From a virus: a stretch of 64,000 nt of DNA. Both the position numbers and the translations under genes were made by a program. Numbering within the stretch: position 1 is the first letter of the stretch; the number at the start of each line of letters is the position of its first letter. The stretch covers positions 1 to 64,000 of IMG/VR virus record IMGVR_UViG_3300020391_000005; one strand, given 5' to 3'. The notes below the pieces were generated by a model, which was given only the letters and a program-made list of their open reading frames with translations, did no database searches and had not been told where the DNA came from. Positions 20,001 to 30,505 of the stretch are shown here, piece after piece.

Positions 20001-23000
20001 GTATTAACCACTGATACTCAAATTTTTAATACAGATAACAAGCCTGTAACATATTTTTACAATTTTGAAAAGAGTATGTACCAAACAATATCATCAGAAA
20101 TGATTAAATTTTTTGCTGGAGTTGTTGGTTACAACAATCTTATTGGTGAACCCGTAAACAAGTATCGTGACAGATATAAACTTATGGAAAAACTTCGAGA
20201 AAAGTTTTTTGCAAGAGTAGAAAATGAAATAAATTTAGAAAAGTTTGTTGAATATTATAGGTGGATTGATTCAGCACTTTCAAGTTTTTTAAACCAGCTA
20301 ATTCCGGCCAGTTCAAACTTTGGATCAGGCATTAGTGACGTGATAGAGAGTCATATTTTAGAAAGAAACAAGTATCGACACAAAGCACCAACTATAGAAT
20401 TCAAAGATCCAGCAGATAAAATTTTTCCTATTCTTAGTATTAATGAGCTTTTATATGATTGGGAGCACGGCCATGCGCCTTTAATTAGAGATGGTAATAC
20501 AAATTGTTTGTGGGAAAAAGACAGAGCAGAAAGGTCAGATACCAATAGAGAAAAAATAAGAAAAATTGTTATATCAGAAGTTAGTGGCAGCACATATGCA
20601 CTAAGAAAATTAACAAAACCATATAAATTTTCAGTTGATAGTAGAAAAACAATTTCAACTGGTCATAACAGAAAAGCTAATAAATTTTTAAATGCATTCA
20701 CTTTAGTGAATCAAAATAAACAGATTACATTAGCAAGTTCGAATATAATAGAACAACCAGTCTGTAAAGATATAATAAACCCAGAAGAAAAAGAAACATA
20801 TAGGGGTGCAACCGATGTTCTTGGCACAACTGGGTATTTAGACTTAGATTCTGATCAAATTTTTCCTTTTACTCTAGTATCTTCATCAGTTGGAACAGAT
20901 TTTAGTATTTTTAAGCAAAATCTCACTATTGCAAACCAGCACCTGCCACTAAGTATAACTGGTGAAGCATCTTTAAGAGGTCCATTCGCAGAAACACACG
21001 TTGGTGGTATGCCACATCAAAAAACAGAAATAAGCCAGTCAAATAGGCCAGAGGCATATGCAATTTCTGCAGATTCTAGCACCTTAACTATGACACAGGT
21101 ACCTATTGCTAATCCTAAGTCAATGTTTTTTAGACATCGAAGCGCCACAAGTTTTTCGACTATTTCAAACATAAGGCACACTACCGCTTCGTTTTTCTTA
21201 GGAAATTACAGTAACAATTACGAGATTGTTCAAACTGCCGGCAGATTTAACAACAATAGATTTTTTGTAGATCAAGAAGGTTCATTTGTTACAGACGCGC
21301 CTGTCGCGTCTCAATATATATCTGGTGTTATTGATTATGCTCGACCAACTAGAACTAGAACAACTCATATCTTTGTCAATAAATTTGGAGCCCCAGGTGG
21401 ACCAGAGTCTATTTCAGATATTGGCTTAGATCGCGCTTCGGGAGAATTTTCAGTTTATAACTCTTTAAATTATAGAAATCCTGTTGTCAGAGACGTTGTA
21501 GATATACTAGCTTCAGAACACACAGAACAATTTGGGTTTAGAGCAGAGCATACAGCCGAAGACGAAGCAAAAGCTACTGCAACAATAGAATTTGTATCCG
21601 GTGCTTTACCTCAAAATGATGCTAAATTTGTAATAACATCAGCACCATCTCTTAGTCTGGATGTTGAGGCACTATCTGTAACATATACATTTAAAAATAG
21701 TAGCCCAACAGCATCAAACCAAGAGTTTTCCGGAACTAATCATCAATTGGCAGCGACTAATTTAGCAAATTTAATAACTTCAGTTAATGGTCATCTGGAT
21801 AGAATAACTGTTAGTAATGATCATGATGGAAAAATTACATTAACTCAGCACTTTCCTGGTGCTGCAGGTAATGTAGCTATAGTCTCTAATGCAAATAATG
21901 TAAACATATCTGGATTTAATAGTGGTAAATCAATATTGGGGTCAACTCACAAAACAAATAGAAATCCACAAAGATTTACTGGTTCTTTAGGAAGAGAATT
22001 TAATCGAGACAACTTTTTTGTTCAACACCCAATTCCACAATCAGAATATCAATATTCTTGGATAACTGCGTCTGTTAACGATAGTGTATATGATTTTTTA
22101 AATCGAAATGAAAACATGGGATATGTTCACAACTTCGGAATAAAAACATCTAAAATTACTGATACATTTAACGATAACACTACTAGCAAAGCGCCGTCTG
22201 TATTCACAACAAATCAGTCTGACGAAAGTAAAATAATAACAACAACAACATTTGTAACGGGTGTTTTTGGATCGGATGATTCAGAGTCTGGCCCCACTGA
22301 CAACCCGGAGGAATTTGGAAAATTTGTTTCCTCCATGAAGATTAGAAATAATCGCGCAATAGTCGGCAATCCCAATGATGATTTTACTGCTTTTTTTGGC
22401 TTCAAGGCTAGAGGAAAAGTATTTACCTATGTATCAGGTAGTCCATGGTCATCTATGGCAATACTAACATCATCACAATCTTATAGTATGTTAGGGACTA
22501 GTAATTCAGATAAATTTGGATCCTCTGTACAACTTTCAAATAATTTCGCGTTTGTTGGAGCACCAGAAAATGATGCACATGGCACCACCAGTGCTGGCGC
22601 CATATACATATATTCTGCTTCCGGTGGGACTTGGAACAATTATCAATTTATCACAGCTTCCACCATCGCCGCCTCCGGAAAATTTGGACAAGAGTATATA
22701 TCTGCTACTGACGATAAGATGATTACAATTGGAAAACAGCGTACAGATAATTTATATGGTCAAGTATATGTATTTGACAGGACTGGATCACACTGGGATG
22801 AAACACAGGTTATAAATCTTTCATCTAGTCAAGTTAGACCTACTGCGGCATCTTTCAACGACACGCATCTTTTTGTAAATGGAAAAGATTTAACTGACGA
22901 AGAAGGTGATACTTATAGGGTTTATATATATGCTTCATCATCAGGTGCTGGATATTCTCTAAATCAAACAATAAATAGCAGCGCAAGAGTTATTCCAGCT

Positions 23001-26000
23001 TGTACTAACACACATTTAGCTGTTGCTCAAGGTGTGGATAATCTATTTGATACAACTGCATCTGTGGGGGTTTATACGTACAATGGTTCATCGTGGACAA
23101 TACAGCAAACTGTAACAGGTAGTGATACTGTTCCGGGAGATGGATTTGTGGCACCGTATCAAACAGATACTGGTCTGCCTCCTTCCTCTCCTACAATCGC
23201 AATAAGTGGTAATGTTTTGGTTGTTGGGTCTTGGATAGACGATATATCTTTAGGTCCAAAAAATTCAACAGAAGCTAAAAATAGTAATTACGGAAGTGTT
23301 TATTTGTTTGGCCTACATTCAGATTCTATCTGGCGACAGGAAAGAAAGTTACAGTTTAATAATTTTACCAATTTTGCAAATGCTAAATCTTTTGGCAGCT
23401 CTGTTGATATTTCTTCAAATTATATTGCCGCAGGTACCTCAAGAGCACACTTAGAAATTAGTAGTGATAATCAAATATCTCATTTTGCTATTTTATCATA
23501 TGTAACCTCATCTACAGAACAAAGTAGATTAGATGAAGGTCCAATAGTCAAAGAGTTATCAACTGATTCAACCAAAAAAATATTAGCTCTTGTGGGTGAT
23601 AAAGACGTTCCGATGGAAGTGGATCAGATACCAGATATTTATAAAAACTCACTCGATATTGAACACAGATTTGTATCTAGAGTTATAAATACGAAATCTG
23701 AATTCGTAAATATATCATTTGACTATATCAGAGGATCTTCAAATAGTAACGATTTATCTTACAAATATGGCTTAACGGCTGCACCTAGGGAAAATGATTA
23801 CTTAGTAGTGCAGTATAAGATCGGTTCTGGTAATTACCAGACTCTTGAAAATATTGCAGGCGGTGCAATATCAGGCTCTACAGATCAAAATAATTTCAGC
23901 AGAAAAGTTTATTCGATTCAAAATACAGAAAAAGATAAAATTACAGTTCGTTTAGTCGCAGGCACTTCAACCACTGGTACTGATGCCAATTGGGGTATAG
24001 ATAATTTTATACATGAAAAAGCTGCTTATTCTGTAAAACCATCTAATCAAATTGGCTTTACAAGAGATCTTAGATTTGATAGAACAAGCACAGAATTAGA
24101 TATAAATTGTGCAGAGCTGAATGTGTTCAACACACAAGATATTGGTTCGGCAGGAGAAGGTTTTCAAACCTTAAATACCAGACAGGTTCAATCACCTCAT
24201 TTAGCTTTTTCTGGCTCAGATGGTACCGACGATCCTTTTTCTGTGGCGGCTTGGATTAAGCCTAATATTGTAGATCATTCATCTGTAGAAAGTTCGGTAT
24301 CTGGCAGTGCAATTGTTACCAATGAGGGGAACTATTCTATTCATTATGACTATCAGGGAAAAATAACTTTTAAACTTTTAGGAGATACAACTCAAAAAAA
24401 GGTAAATTTTATAAGTACAGTTTTTTATTCAGATAAAACACCATTTTTAGCTGTTCAGACAGCAAATAAAGTTTTATCTTCTGGTGATTGGAAAATGGTG
24501 ACCTGCACATATGATGGATCAAAAGACGCTTCCGGTTTAAGCATATACGTTAATGGGGTCAAGCAGGCAGTTGAAGTACGAAAAGCTGGTTCATATCAGG
24601 GAATGATCGGAGTAGACAACGGAACAGATGCAAAACTTGGAGCAGGCCTTGTCAACATCGGCTATCACCAGTATATACATGAAACTAATTTTGGATCTGG
24701 TTTTCCAGTAGATGATACTGAAAGATACCTTTCAGATTTCAATATAAGATCTTTGCTGGTACATAATGAAAAACTTTCTCAAGAAAAAGTAACTGAGCTT
24801 TACAATCTTAGAAATATAAAGCCATTTGAAAATAATGCTAAGGGAGTTTATATACCATTTGAAAATTTTTCATCTTACAGTAATGTTGTCGCACACTGGA
24901 GATTTTCGAATCCAACTACAATAACAACAGGTAGTCAAACATACATAGCGTATGTTGATAAAAAGAATTCTATTGCTTTATTGCATGCAACTAGAACATT
25001 GAGAAATGCTTCAGCATCTAATGCTCCCGGTTTTCGATTCGCAAATGCATTTGGTAAATCTCCAGAGGTATCAAACAAATTTGCTAAATTTGAAACAGAA
25101 AGAAATTTAGTGAATGAAATCTCTTCATCTATGTCAGACACTAGTGATACATTTCAGTATTTAGGATTAACAATAGGAGAAAATAGTTACCCTTCTTGGA
25201 AGCAAATAAGAGCAGGTGAGACACCAATTGGCAGATATCAAAAATCTAAAAATATAATAACAATATCAACAAGAGATACTGAAGTTTTTCCTAGTCCTAT
25301 AGTAGATTATAAATATGATATCAATAAAGACCTTGCAAATCTCCCGCTTGAGTCAACTAGGACTAGTGCCAGAGAAGTGTCTAGTTTTAATGAAATATTA
25401 ACAACTAATAGATTTAAACCTATAACTATAACTTTTCACAGTGAAATACCCACAGAGAGAAATATAAGAGAGGAGATAGATCAAAAAACTCAAGAAAATT
25501 TGTGGATCCAAGATTTAACATCTTTAATGTCATTTAGTCAAAATTTCTCTGCAAAAGATTCTAGAATAATATCTATAAAATCAACTCTTCAAAATGATTT
25601 AACTTCTTTTTCTAATAAGTCATTAACAGATAAATTAAAAATCAATGATTACAAGCATAATAAATTTAGTGATCCTGAAACCGGCACCTTTTCTAGATTG
25701 TCAAGTATCGCAGGATCATTCGAAAGTGTTTTTGGTGTAGAAATTAACTATGTAGAAACTTTATATCCTAAAGAAGTAAATACGTTTACTGAAAACGCCC
25801 GCAGAAGAACTTTATTTGATTTTTTTGGATGGAGAACATTAAGAAGTGATCGATCTTTAATTCTAACAGGATCAAATGTATATGGTAATTTTATCACTAG
25901 ATTTGGAGATAATATAGCATTCCCTGAAATAAGCATAGATAAAAATAATTTTAAAAATACAAATAGCAGTTTTGTTGATGTAGTTGATTTTGAATCTAAG

Positions 26001-29000
26001 TTTAAGCCTTTAACGTATTCCCATATAACATCTTCACGATGGCCTTTAGATTCTAGATCAGATTTTACAAAAAAGCCATTAGATATTTCTGTTTCATATT
26101 TTAATAAGGGTGATAAGTTTTATAATTCTAAGCAATCAGGTAGAGATGGTTCTGGTGTATTCCAAAATGATTATAGTATTTTTGGATTAGGTTACAATGG
26201 CGTACACGGCACGCCACCTGTTGCTCTAATATATAATAGGCGTATACCACAGGTATCAGGGTCTAGTGTGTATTTATCGGGAGAATCTAGATGGCAAGCA
26301 GCAGAACAATCAAACTATGCACCATTTGGAAATAGCTATTTGGATCACATAGATAACTTATCTCCACTGGCTCAAGATCACTCATTAGTGCCAGAATATA
26401 AGGTGTCTGATTTTGTAGAAGATATAGTGAATCAATCAGAAGGTGATTATACAAAAGTTAGTGAAAAGGTAAATTATTTATCAGTAACTGGTGCCGTATA
26501 TCACACTTCGTCTCAGGAACTATTAGTTGGATCTAAATTTTTTAAAACATATGGAACAACTGATTTCATGAAATACTTTGGACTAGTTTCAGAGATGGTG
26601 GAAGACAATAATATTGGCTCTGCTTCGCGAATAACATTAAGGTGCAAAGCAGCACTAAAATTTACTCCATATAGAGGATTTTACCCTGCAGAAAGAGTGC
26701 TACAAATAGGAGAGCTTTTTTCTAGAGGATATATGCCAGATTTTAGTTTTGATGATATTAGAGACACAACACCCGGTAGTGCAGATTTGAAGCAAGTTTC
26801 AGATCCTACAAAATTATTAGAAAAGAAAATAAGAGCAAATTTACAGCAAACTATAAAGCCTTTCATGGCACCTGGTGTTTTAATGAATTCTATAAAAAGT
26901 GGAATTGCTGTTGATTATCCGATTTTTGGATCTGATTCAAATGATACTGCACTAAATAATTTTAATACAGCCATAAAACAAACAACCACTTCAAAAACCT
27001 CTTTTGATAGTAGTTTAAACAATTTAACCATGTTTACAGGTTCAATTATTAACTCAACTCATGGCATTGGTGGCGTACCTAGACTTAGTGGTTCTGTGAC
27101 AAGAAGAATTACCTTTGATGACCTACTTGACCCACAGCGAGTTATTGGAACAAAAATTTATGATAATGAGCCTCATCAGTCTGCAAGCATATATTATGGT
27201 GATGGAGCATTAACAAAAGTGTTTGATTATCCTTTTACTTTTGGAAGGTTGGATGATACTAACAATAAGCAAAAGATATTTGCAGACGACTTTGTGCTGA
27301 AAAAATCATTAAACGATACATTAACACCGTACAAAATGGCCATCAATAACTTTTGTGCTGAAACTGTAAACTTCTTTTTAGAAGGAGGTAAATTATCAAG
27401 TTTTGAATCAGATCAGGTTGTGTCGCCATTTTTATCTGCTAGCGCTAACTATAAAATGAGAATAACTTTTAAAAATAGTAATTTAAAAATGTATGACAGA
27501 CATTCAGCCTTCGGACCGCCTGTAGACGAAGGTGCAGGTCTGACAAAGACAAGGATTACTGGATCTCTTACAACCGCACCTGGGGCTGGCTCTACCGCGG
27601 ATTTTGGAGATACGCGACCTGCAGGTTTTCTTGTGGTATCATCGGATTTAACTGGCTCGACAGATGCTAAACTACATGGATTCACAATGACCACACCAGC
27701 ATCAAACACTGTTTCAGTTAAAGTGTTCAAGTCAGGATCTTACATGCCTTCATCTAGTGCAGGTGAATACCTTTACATATCATCTGGGTCAGAGGGATTT
27801 CAAACATCATCATATGATGTATCTTCTTTTGGTGATGTTTACGCAAATGGTACGAGTTCATACATTGACCTTGCAAGTATAGAAAGTAAGCAAACCGGAA
27901 CTGCTGCCAGGGGCCTAGCCTTTAACAGACTGCTTGAGGTCGCAATTAATCATCATCGATGGCATAGTGGTTCTAAAATAGAAGCTGGTTTCGTAGATGG
28001 TAATAATGTTAGGGTTAGGCAGATTTTAACCGGCACCGCCGGTGATACAACTATAACTCAACATGGTGGCACTAGTTCATTTGGTGTTGCAAGCCCAATG
28101 GCAAATTATTTTTCATCATTTCCCTCTTCTTTTTCATCGGGAATAAACCAGGCGACAACTTTAACAAATGTTACAACCAGCACCATAACTGAAAACGATT
28201 CGCATGAATATGCACCATTTGTGCCGCCTTTCTTAGACAAAGGATCTGACCCATATGTAGAAATAAATTTTACACCAGATAAATCAGAGGAATATACATT
28301 GAGCAAAATATTTGACGGTGCACAGTATACCTATAGAAACTTTAAAGATACACCTTCAAATCACAATGTAAATACAAACTTTAAAGAAGCTATGAACCTG
28401 TCAGCTTCATTTGATTTATCTAATTTTTCCGTATATAAAGAAGATGAATCACAGGCTGGTGTAACAACACTTGAACAGAGAAAAAGGTGGGTGATACAAA
28501 CTAAGTGGGAAACACCAATACTTAATTTTATAAATGCATCTTCAAGTGCACTAAACTTAAGCAGTAGCACCGTTGATCAAGTTGTAGGATCACCATGGCA
28601 AGATAGAACATGGGATAGGTATCTAACAAAATCTGTTATTAGTACACCAACCCCGTATATAACTTCTTCAACAGGTATGTGGCATCAATATGGATCAAAT
28701 CTGGAAAGTGATCAGGAAGGTTACATAATATCAATAGATAAAGTACCAGGAGTATCTGACAATCATCAACTTGCTAGAATCTTAGGATTCATTCCAGAAT
28801 CTATGGAGCCAGTTCAAATCAGACCAGGTAAAATAGCTGAAAGAAAAGAAATATCAGAAGCGGTTGTCGCAATACCTTTTTATTATAAGAGCGAACTAAT
28901 ACAAGGATCGTCACAAGCGCCGAAACTTTTTACTATGAAAGAGTCAAATCTTCAAGCAGCAATTGATTTAAATTCTGGCAAAAAAAGATCATTCGAGGAA

Positions 29001-29657
29001 GTAGTTCTTGGTCGCAGTAAAGACGATCCAACTTCTGGGTATAACATTGAATTAGAAAAGTATTTAAAATTTTACAATACACCTGGACAAGCACCAGAAG
29101 AAGTTTTAGCATATCAATTGAGAATGATGGAAAAATATGTTTTTCCTCCTCAATTTGATTTTTTAAATTATCCTGAAATGTTGCAAAAGCCAATGATGTA
29201 TATATTTCAGTTTAATGCTGAACTCACTAAGCAAGACCTAACTAATATTTGGCAAAATTTAGCTCCTCAAACAGCTAGATCTGCAGCAAGGGCTAGAAAC
29301 TCAGGAATAGATACTAATATAGAAAAATTTGGAGTTAGAGAAGACGTTCAATATGTATCTCATTTGTTTAATCAAAGAGATATACCGGTTGAAGAACGAG
29401 AGCAATTTTTAGAAAAAAATGTTAGATGGGTTATATTCAAAGTCAAGCAAAGAGCGGAAGCTGATTTGTCAAAGATAAAGATTAATTCACTTCCAGGCTC
29501 CAGAAGAAACCTTGTTGTTGATCCATCAGTGTCATCCCTAAAGCCATCTGATTATTTAGTAGGAAAGAAGTATAGCTTTAACTGGCCATATGATTACTTT
29601 TCTTTAGTAGAACTAATTAAACTTGAGGCAAAAGTTGATTTCTTGCCTTTTGGATAA
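17004..29657 (+). CDS. Giant baseplate wedge/adhesin protein (gp7-like) with LamG and FG-GAP domains (4217 aa)
   Basis: LamG motifs (TVEFWLKK..WHHYAVT..LYVDG..GSIDEFRFW; FSVAAWIKP..WKMVTCTYDG..IYVNG); wedge-like IYKTKGTEESFRNLIRCFG; FG-GAP repeats (DKFGSSVQLSNNFAFVGAPEND..AGAIYIY). Confidence 0.8.
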   Translation: MTNYRDKFQNNPTEKLSEIDTLNKSRVFNLNGSKVTISQTDNSYLTEAESERYVKAFIKQKSRYIPSIDYLNPSTFCFYGSAAKYYEDSIKNIYNAYPYDGSRAEKMEWSISASHLDLYMLEHVYPKSTGHVIFDRSSDTITNDTHYPTTNNPQYIKFTGGPQIGTIYNSSKNREGNLKINGSVGNTVEFWLKKSATSWYDAGRKEVIFDTTTPSAISGVQTGRLSIELENPSSAGASPFLFTYLSGTTGATQLRLGSSNVTKNSVGDNNWHHYAVTTETSGSNTLYKLYVDGTLDSVSKQSHMVGPVDRAMIASIGALRSANSVGGALGAGKLSGSIDEFRFWKETRSQKDIGRFWYHSVHGGTGGKYGDHNNANLGVYFKFNEGITNVQAYDEVVLDYSGRINNGTFVNWNSAVRSLESAINQSLYLPEKSFTEVPDPIINSQNTLVQNILDLYKTKGEAFDKQNNSSLINSVPSFLPNQDKNLFPELLQIMASSFDDIFLKIKNLPKIKDFAFQEFFENKGSFRKFDNSKFLLGCEDQILFQFTGNHTKPWVNHILEHFGLVTTEIFPNATLFENFLKRSEKVSFQHDLTEVKNSILSNIHKNLIHIYKTKGTEESFRNLIRCFGVDSELIKLYAYGHNEEYILSTKPIYVSAKTKAASFEKKNFEASIHQTASSSEEISYIPRVNNPVPYTLEANILFPNKIKEGVNNFSETSLFGMHSVKGSDANPGDSSLNWSVQDSGSLQVQFVKRTATAKGGYFQLTSSAGVITALTSDHLTNIYDNTHWNISVRIGAKSDIDFNIIPTGSSTTYLVEFSGYNYDLDVLKNSFHVSASISKELYRDISRQDKAVFVGSHLQNFSGSVLQRSDVRILSFNAWKDILKESELKEHAQNPKVFGRRKPQSISNFDDGSNLVSSDSLILRWQFENLTASNSSNQIDVVDFSSGSLALVSSDFVTGYKYPGKGIDFVDHDAAISQNFIPSVEYAGPDNGHSSDRVQVLTTDTQIFNTDNKPVTYFYNFEKSMYQTISSEMIKFFAGVVGYNNLIGEPVNKYRDRYKLMEKLREKFFARVENEINLEKFVEYYRWIDSALSSFLNQLIPASSNFGSGISDVIESHILERNKYRHKAPTIEFKDPADKIFPILSINELLYDWEHGHAPLIRDGNTNCLWEKDRAERSDTNREKIRKIVISEVSGSTYALRKLTKPYKFSVDSRKTISTGHNRKANKFLNAFTLVNQNKQITLASSNIIEQPVCKDIINPEEKETYRGATDVLGTTGYLDLDSDQIFPFTLVSSSVGTDFSIFKQNLTIANQHLPLSITGEASLRGPFAETHVGGMPHQKTEISQSNRPEAYAISADSSTLTMTQVPIANPKSMFFRHRSATSFSTISNIRHTTASFFLGNYSNNYEIVQTAGRFNNNRFFVDQEGSFVTDAPVASQYISGVIDYARPTRTRTTHIFVNKFGAPGGPESISDIGLDRASGEFSVYNSLNYRNPVVRDVVDILASEHTEQFGFRAEHTAEDEAKATATIEFVSGALPQNDAKFVITSAPSLSLDVEALSVTYTFKNSSPTASNQEFSGTNHQLAATNLANLITSVNGHLDRITVSNDHDGKITLTQHFPGAAGNVAIVSNANNVNISGFNSGKSILGSTHKTNRNPQRFTGSLGREFNRDNFFVQHPIPQSEYQYSWITASVNDSVYDFLNRNENMGYVHNFGIKTSKITDTFNDNTTSKAPSVFTTNQSDESKIITTTTFVTGVFGSDDSESGPTDNPEEFGKFVSSMKIRNNRAIVGNPNDDFTAFFGFKARGKVFTYVSGSPWSSMAILTSSQSYSMLGTSNSDKFGSSVQLSNNFAFVGAPENDAHGTTSAGAIYIYSASGGTWNNYQFITASTIAASGKFGQEYISATDDKMITIGKQRTDNLYGQVYVFDRTGSHWDETQVINLSSSQVRPTAASFNDTHLFVNGKDLTDEEGDTYRVYIYASSSGAGYSLNQTINSSARVIPACTNTHLAVAQGVDNLFDTTASVGVYTYNGSSWTIQQTVTGSDTVPGDGFVAPYQTDTGLPPSSPTIAISGNVLVVGSWIDDISLGPKNSTEAKNSNYGSVYLFGLHSDSIWRQERKLQFNNFTNFANAKSFGSSVDISSNYIAAGTSRAHLEISSDNQISHFAILSYVTSSTEQSRLDEGPIVKELSTDSTKKILALVGDKDVPMEVDQIPDIYKNSLDIEHRFVSRVINTKSEFVNISFDYIRGSSNSNDLSYKYGLTAAPRENDYLVVQYKIGSGNYQTLENIAGGAISGSTDQNNFSRKVYSIQNTEKDKITVRLVAGTSTTGTDANWGIDNFIHEKAAYSVKPSNQIGFTRDLRFDRTSTELDINCAELNVFNTQDIGSAGEGFQTLNTRQVQSPHLAFSGSDGTDDPFSVAAWIKPNIVDHSSVESSVSGSAIVTNEGNYSIHYDYQGKITFKLLGDTTQKKVNFISTVFYSDKTPFLAVQTANKVLSSGDWKMVTCTYDGSKDASGLSIYVNGVKQAVEVRKAGSYQGMIGVDNGTDAKLGAGLVNIGYHQYIHETNFGSGFPVDDTERYLSDFNIRSLLVHNEKLSQEKVTELYNLRNIKPFENNAKGVYIPFENFSSYSNVVAHWRFSNPTTITTGSQTYIAYVDKKNSIALLHATRTLRNASASNAPGFRFANAFGKSPEVSNKFAKFETERNLVNEISSSMSDTSDTFQYLGLTIGENSYPSWKQIRAGETPIGRYQKSKNIITISTRDTEVFPSPIVDYKYDINKDLANLPLESTRTSAREVSSFNEILTTNRFKPITITFHSEIPTERNIREEIDQKTQENLWIQDLTSLMSFSQNFSAKDSRIISIKSTLQNDLTSFSNKSLTDKLKINDYKHNKFSDPETGTFSRLSSIAGSFESVFGVEINYVETLYPKEVNTFTENARRRTLFDFFGWRTLRSDRSLILTGSNVYGNFITRFGDNIAFPEISIDKNNFKNTNSSFVDVVDFESKFKPLTYSHITSSRWPLDSRSDFTKKPLDISVSYFNKGDKFYNSKQSGRDGSGVFQNDYSIFGLGYNGVHGTPPVALIYNRRIPQVSGSSVYLSGESRWQAAEQSNYAPFGNSYLDHIDNLSPLAQDHSLVPEYKVSDFVEDIVNQSEGDYTKVSEKVNYLSVTGAVYHTSSQELLVGSKFFKTYGTTDFMKYFGLVSEMVEDNNIGSASRITLRCKAALKFTPYRGFYPAERVLQIGELFSRGYMPDFSFDDIRDTTPGSADLKQVSDPTKLLEKKIRANLQQTIKPFMAPGVLMNSIKSGIAVDYPIFGSDSNDTALNNFNTAIKQTTTSKTSFDSSLNNLTMFTGSIINSTHGIGGVPRLSGSVTRRITFDDLLDPQRVIGTKIYDNEPHQSASIYYGDGALTKVFDYPFTFGRLDDTNNKQKIFADDFVLKKSLNDTLTPYKMAINNFCAETVNFFLEGGKLSSFESDQVVSPFLSASANYKMRITFKNSNLKMYDRHSAFGPPVDEGAGLTKTRITGSLTTAPGAGSTADFGDTRPAGFLVVSSDLTGSTDAKLHGFTMTTPASNTVSVKVFKSGSYMPSSSAGEYLYISSGSEGFQTSSYDVSSFGDVYANGTSSYIDLASIESKQTGTAARGLAFNRLLEVAINHHRWHSGSKIEAGFVDGNNVRVRQILTGTAGDTTITQHGGTSSFGVASPMANYFSSFPSSFSSGINQATTLTNVTTSTITENDSHEYAPFVPPFLDKGSDPYVEINFTPDKSEEYTLSKIFDGAQYTYRNFKDTPSNHNVNTNFKEAMNLSASFDLSNFSVYKEDESQAGVTTLEQRKRWVIQTKWETPILNFINASSSALNLSSSTVDQVVGSPWQDRTWDRYLTKSVISTPTPYITSSTGMWHQYGSNLESDQEGYIISIDKVPGVSDNHQLARILGFIPESMEPVQIRPGKIAERKEISEAVVAIPFYYKSELIQGSSQAPKLFTMKESNLQAAIDLNSGKKRSFEEVVLGRSKDDPTSGYNIELEKYLKFYNTPGQAPEEVLAYQLRMMEKYVFPPQFDFLNYPEMLQKPMMYIFQFNAELTKQDLTNIWQNLAPQTARSAARARNSGIDTNIEKFGVREDVQYVSHLFNQRDIPVEEREQFLEKNVRWVIFKVKQRAEADLSKIKINSLPGSRRNLVVDPSVSSLKPSDYLVGKKYSFNWPYDYFSLVELIKLEAKVDFLPFG

Positions 29658-29666
29658 AACAGTAGT

Positions 29667-30494
29667 ATGACTTTTGTAAATAAAAAAGAAGATGTAGTTC
29701 AAATATCGCTCACTCAGCATGGTAAAAACCTACTATCAAGAGGTGCTTTTAAGCCGGTATTTTATCAATTTTTTGATGATGATGTTATTTATGACCACAA
29801 ATACGCCGGATGCACCGAAGCGCAAAACGAAATAGCAGATAGAATAGAAACAAATATTAGATTATCCAATCAACATGTAGTTGCTAGTATCGAAGACAGA
29901 TTTGATGACGAAACCGAAAAAATTGAACAGGGCCAAAGAGATATATTTTTGCCTATTACTAAAATTTTAAATGAAATAGAAAGAGAGAAGCTGCTCTCTT
30001 TTCCGATTTCCAATATGTCAACCGGTATTCAAAATACACCTTCATTTAATTTATCATCATTTGATTGCAAAATACAAAATTCTTCATCTGTGACGCATCT
30101 TACTCAATCTGGTTTTCCTGCAAAAATACCGCAAATAGACTTTAATCCTGTTTATTACTTAGAAAAAAATATAATAAACAAGCAAGATGATGACGGTTCG
30201 CTTGTAAGCGAAGAGGAGTTTAGAATAGACTTTTCAGAAACAAAAATAGAGTTTATTGATAAAACATTTTTAGAATTAAAGCCAGAAGATGTTGTGCTAT
30301 TGCTAGAAGAAAATAATGTACCATTTACAAAAGAAAATTTTAAAATAGAAGTATATGAAATTTTTGATGATAATAGTGCATCTATTATAAATGATGTAAA
30401 TGAAATATTTGAATTGTTTGAAATAGAAGTAGATGAATCTGTCAAAGAGATACCAAATGAAAAAAATATAAATAAAAACTTTTTTTCTAAATAG
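29667..30494 (+). CDS. Baseplate/tail accessory protein; N-terminus paralogous to 36519
   Basis: MTFVNKKEDVVQISLTQHGKNLLSRGAFKPVFYQFFDDDVIY aligns by eye with the N-terminus of 36519. Confidence 0.7.
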   Translation: MTFVNKKEDVVQISLTQHGKNLLSRGAFKPVFYQFFDDDVIYDHKYAGCTEAQNEIADRIETNIRLSNQHVVASIEDRFDDETEKIEQGQRDIFLPITKILNEIEREKLLSFPISNMSTGIQNTPSFNLSSFDCKIQNSSSVTHLTQSGFPAKIPQIDFNPVYYLEKNIINKQDDDGSLVSEEEFRIDFSETKIEFIDKTFLELKPEDVVLLLEENNVPFTKENFKIEVYEIFDDNSASIINDVNEIFELFEIEVDESVKEIPNEKNINKNFFSK

Positions 30495-30505
30495 GAGTTT
30501 AAAAA

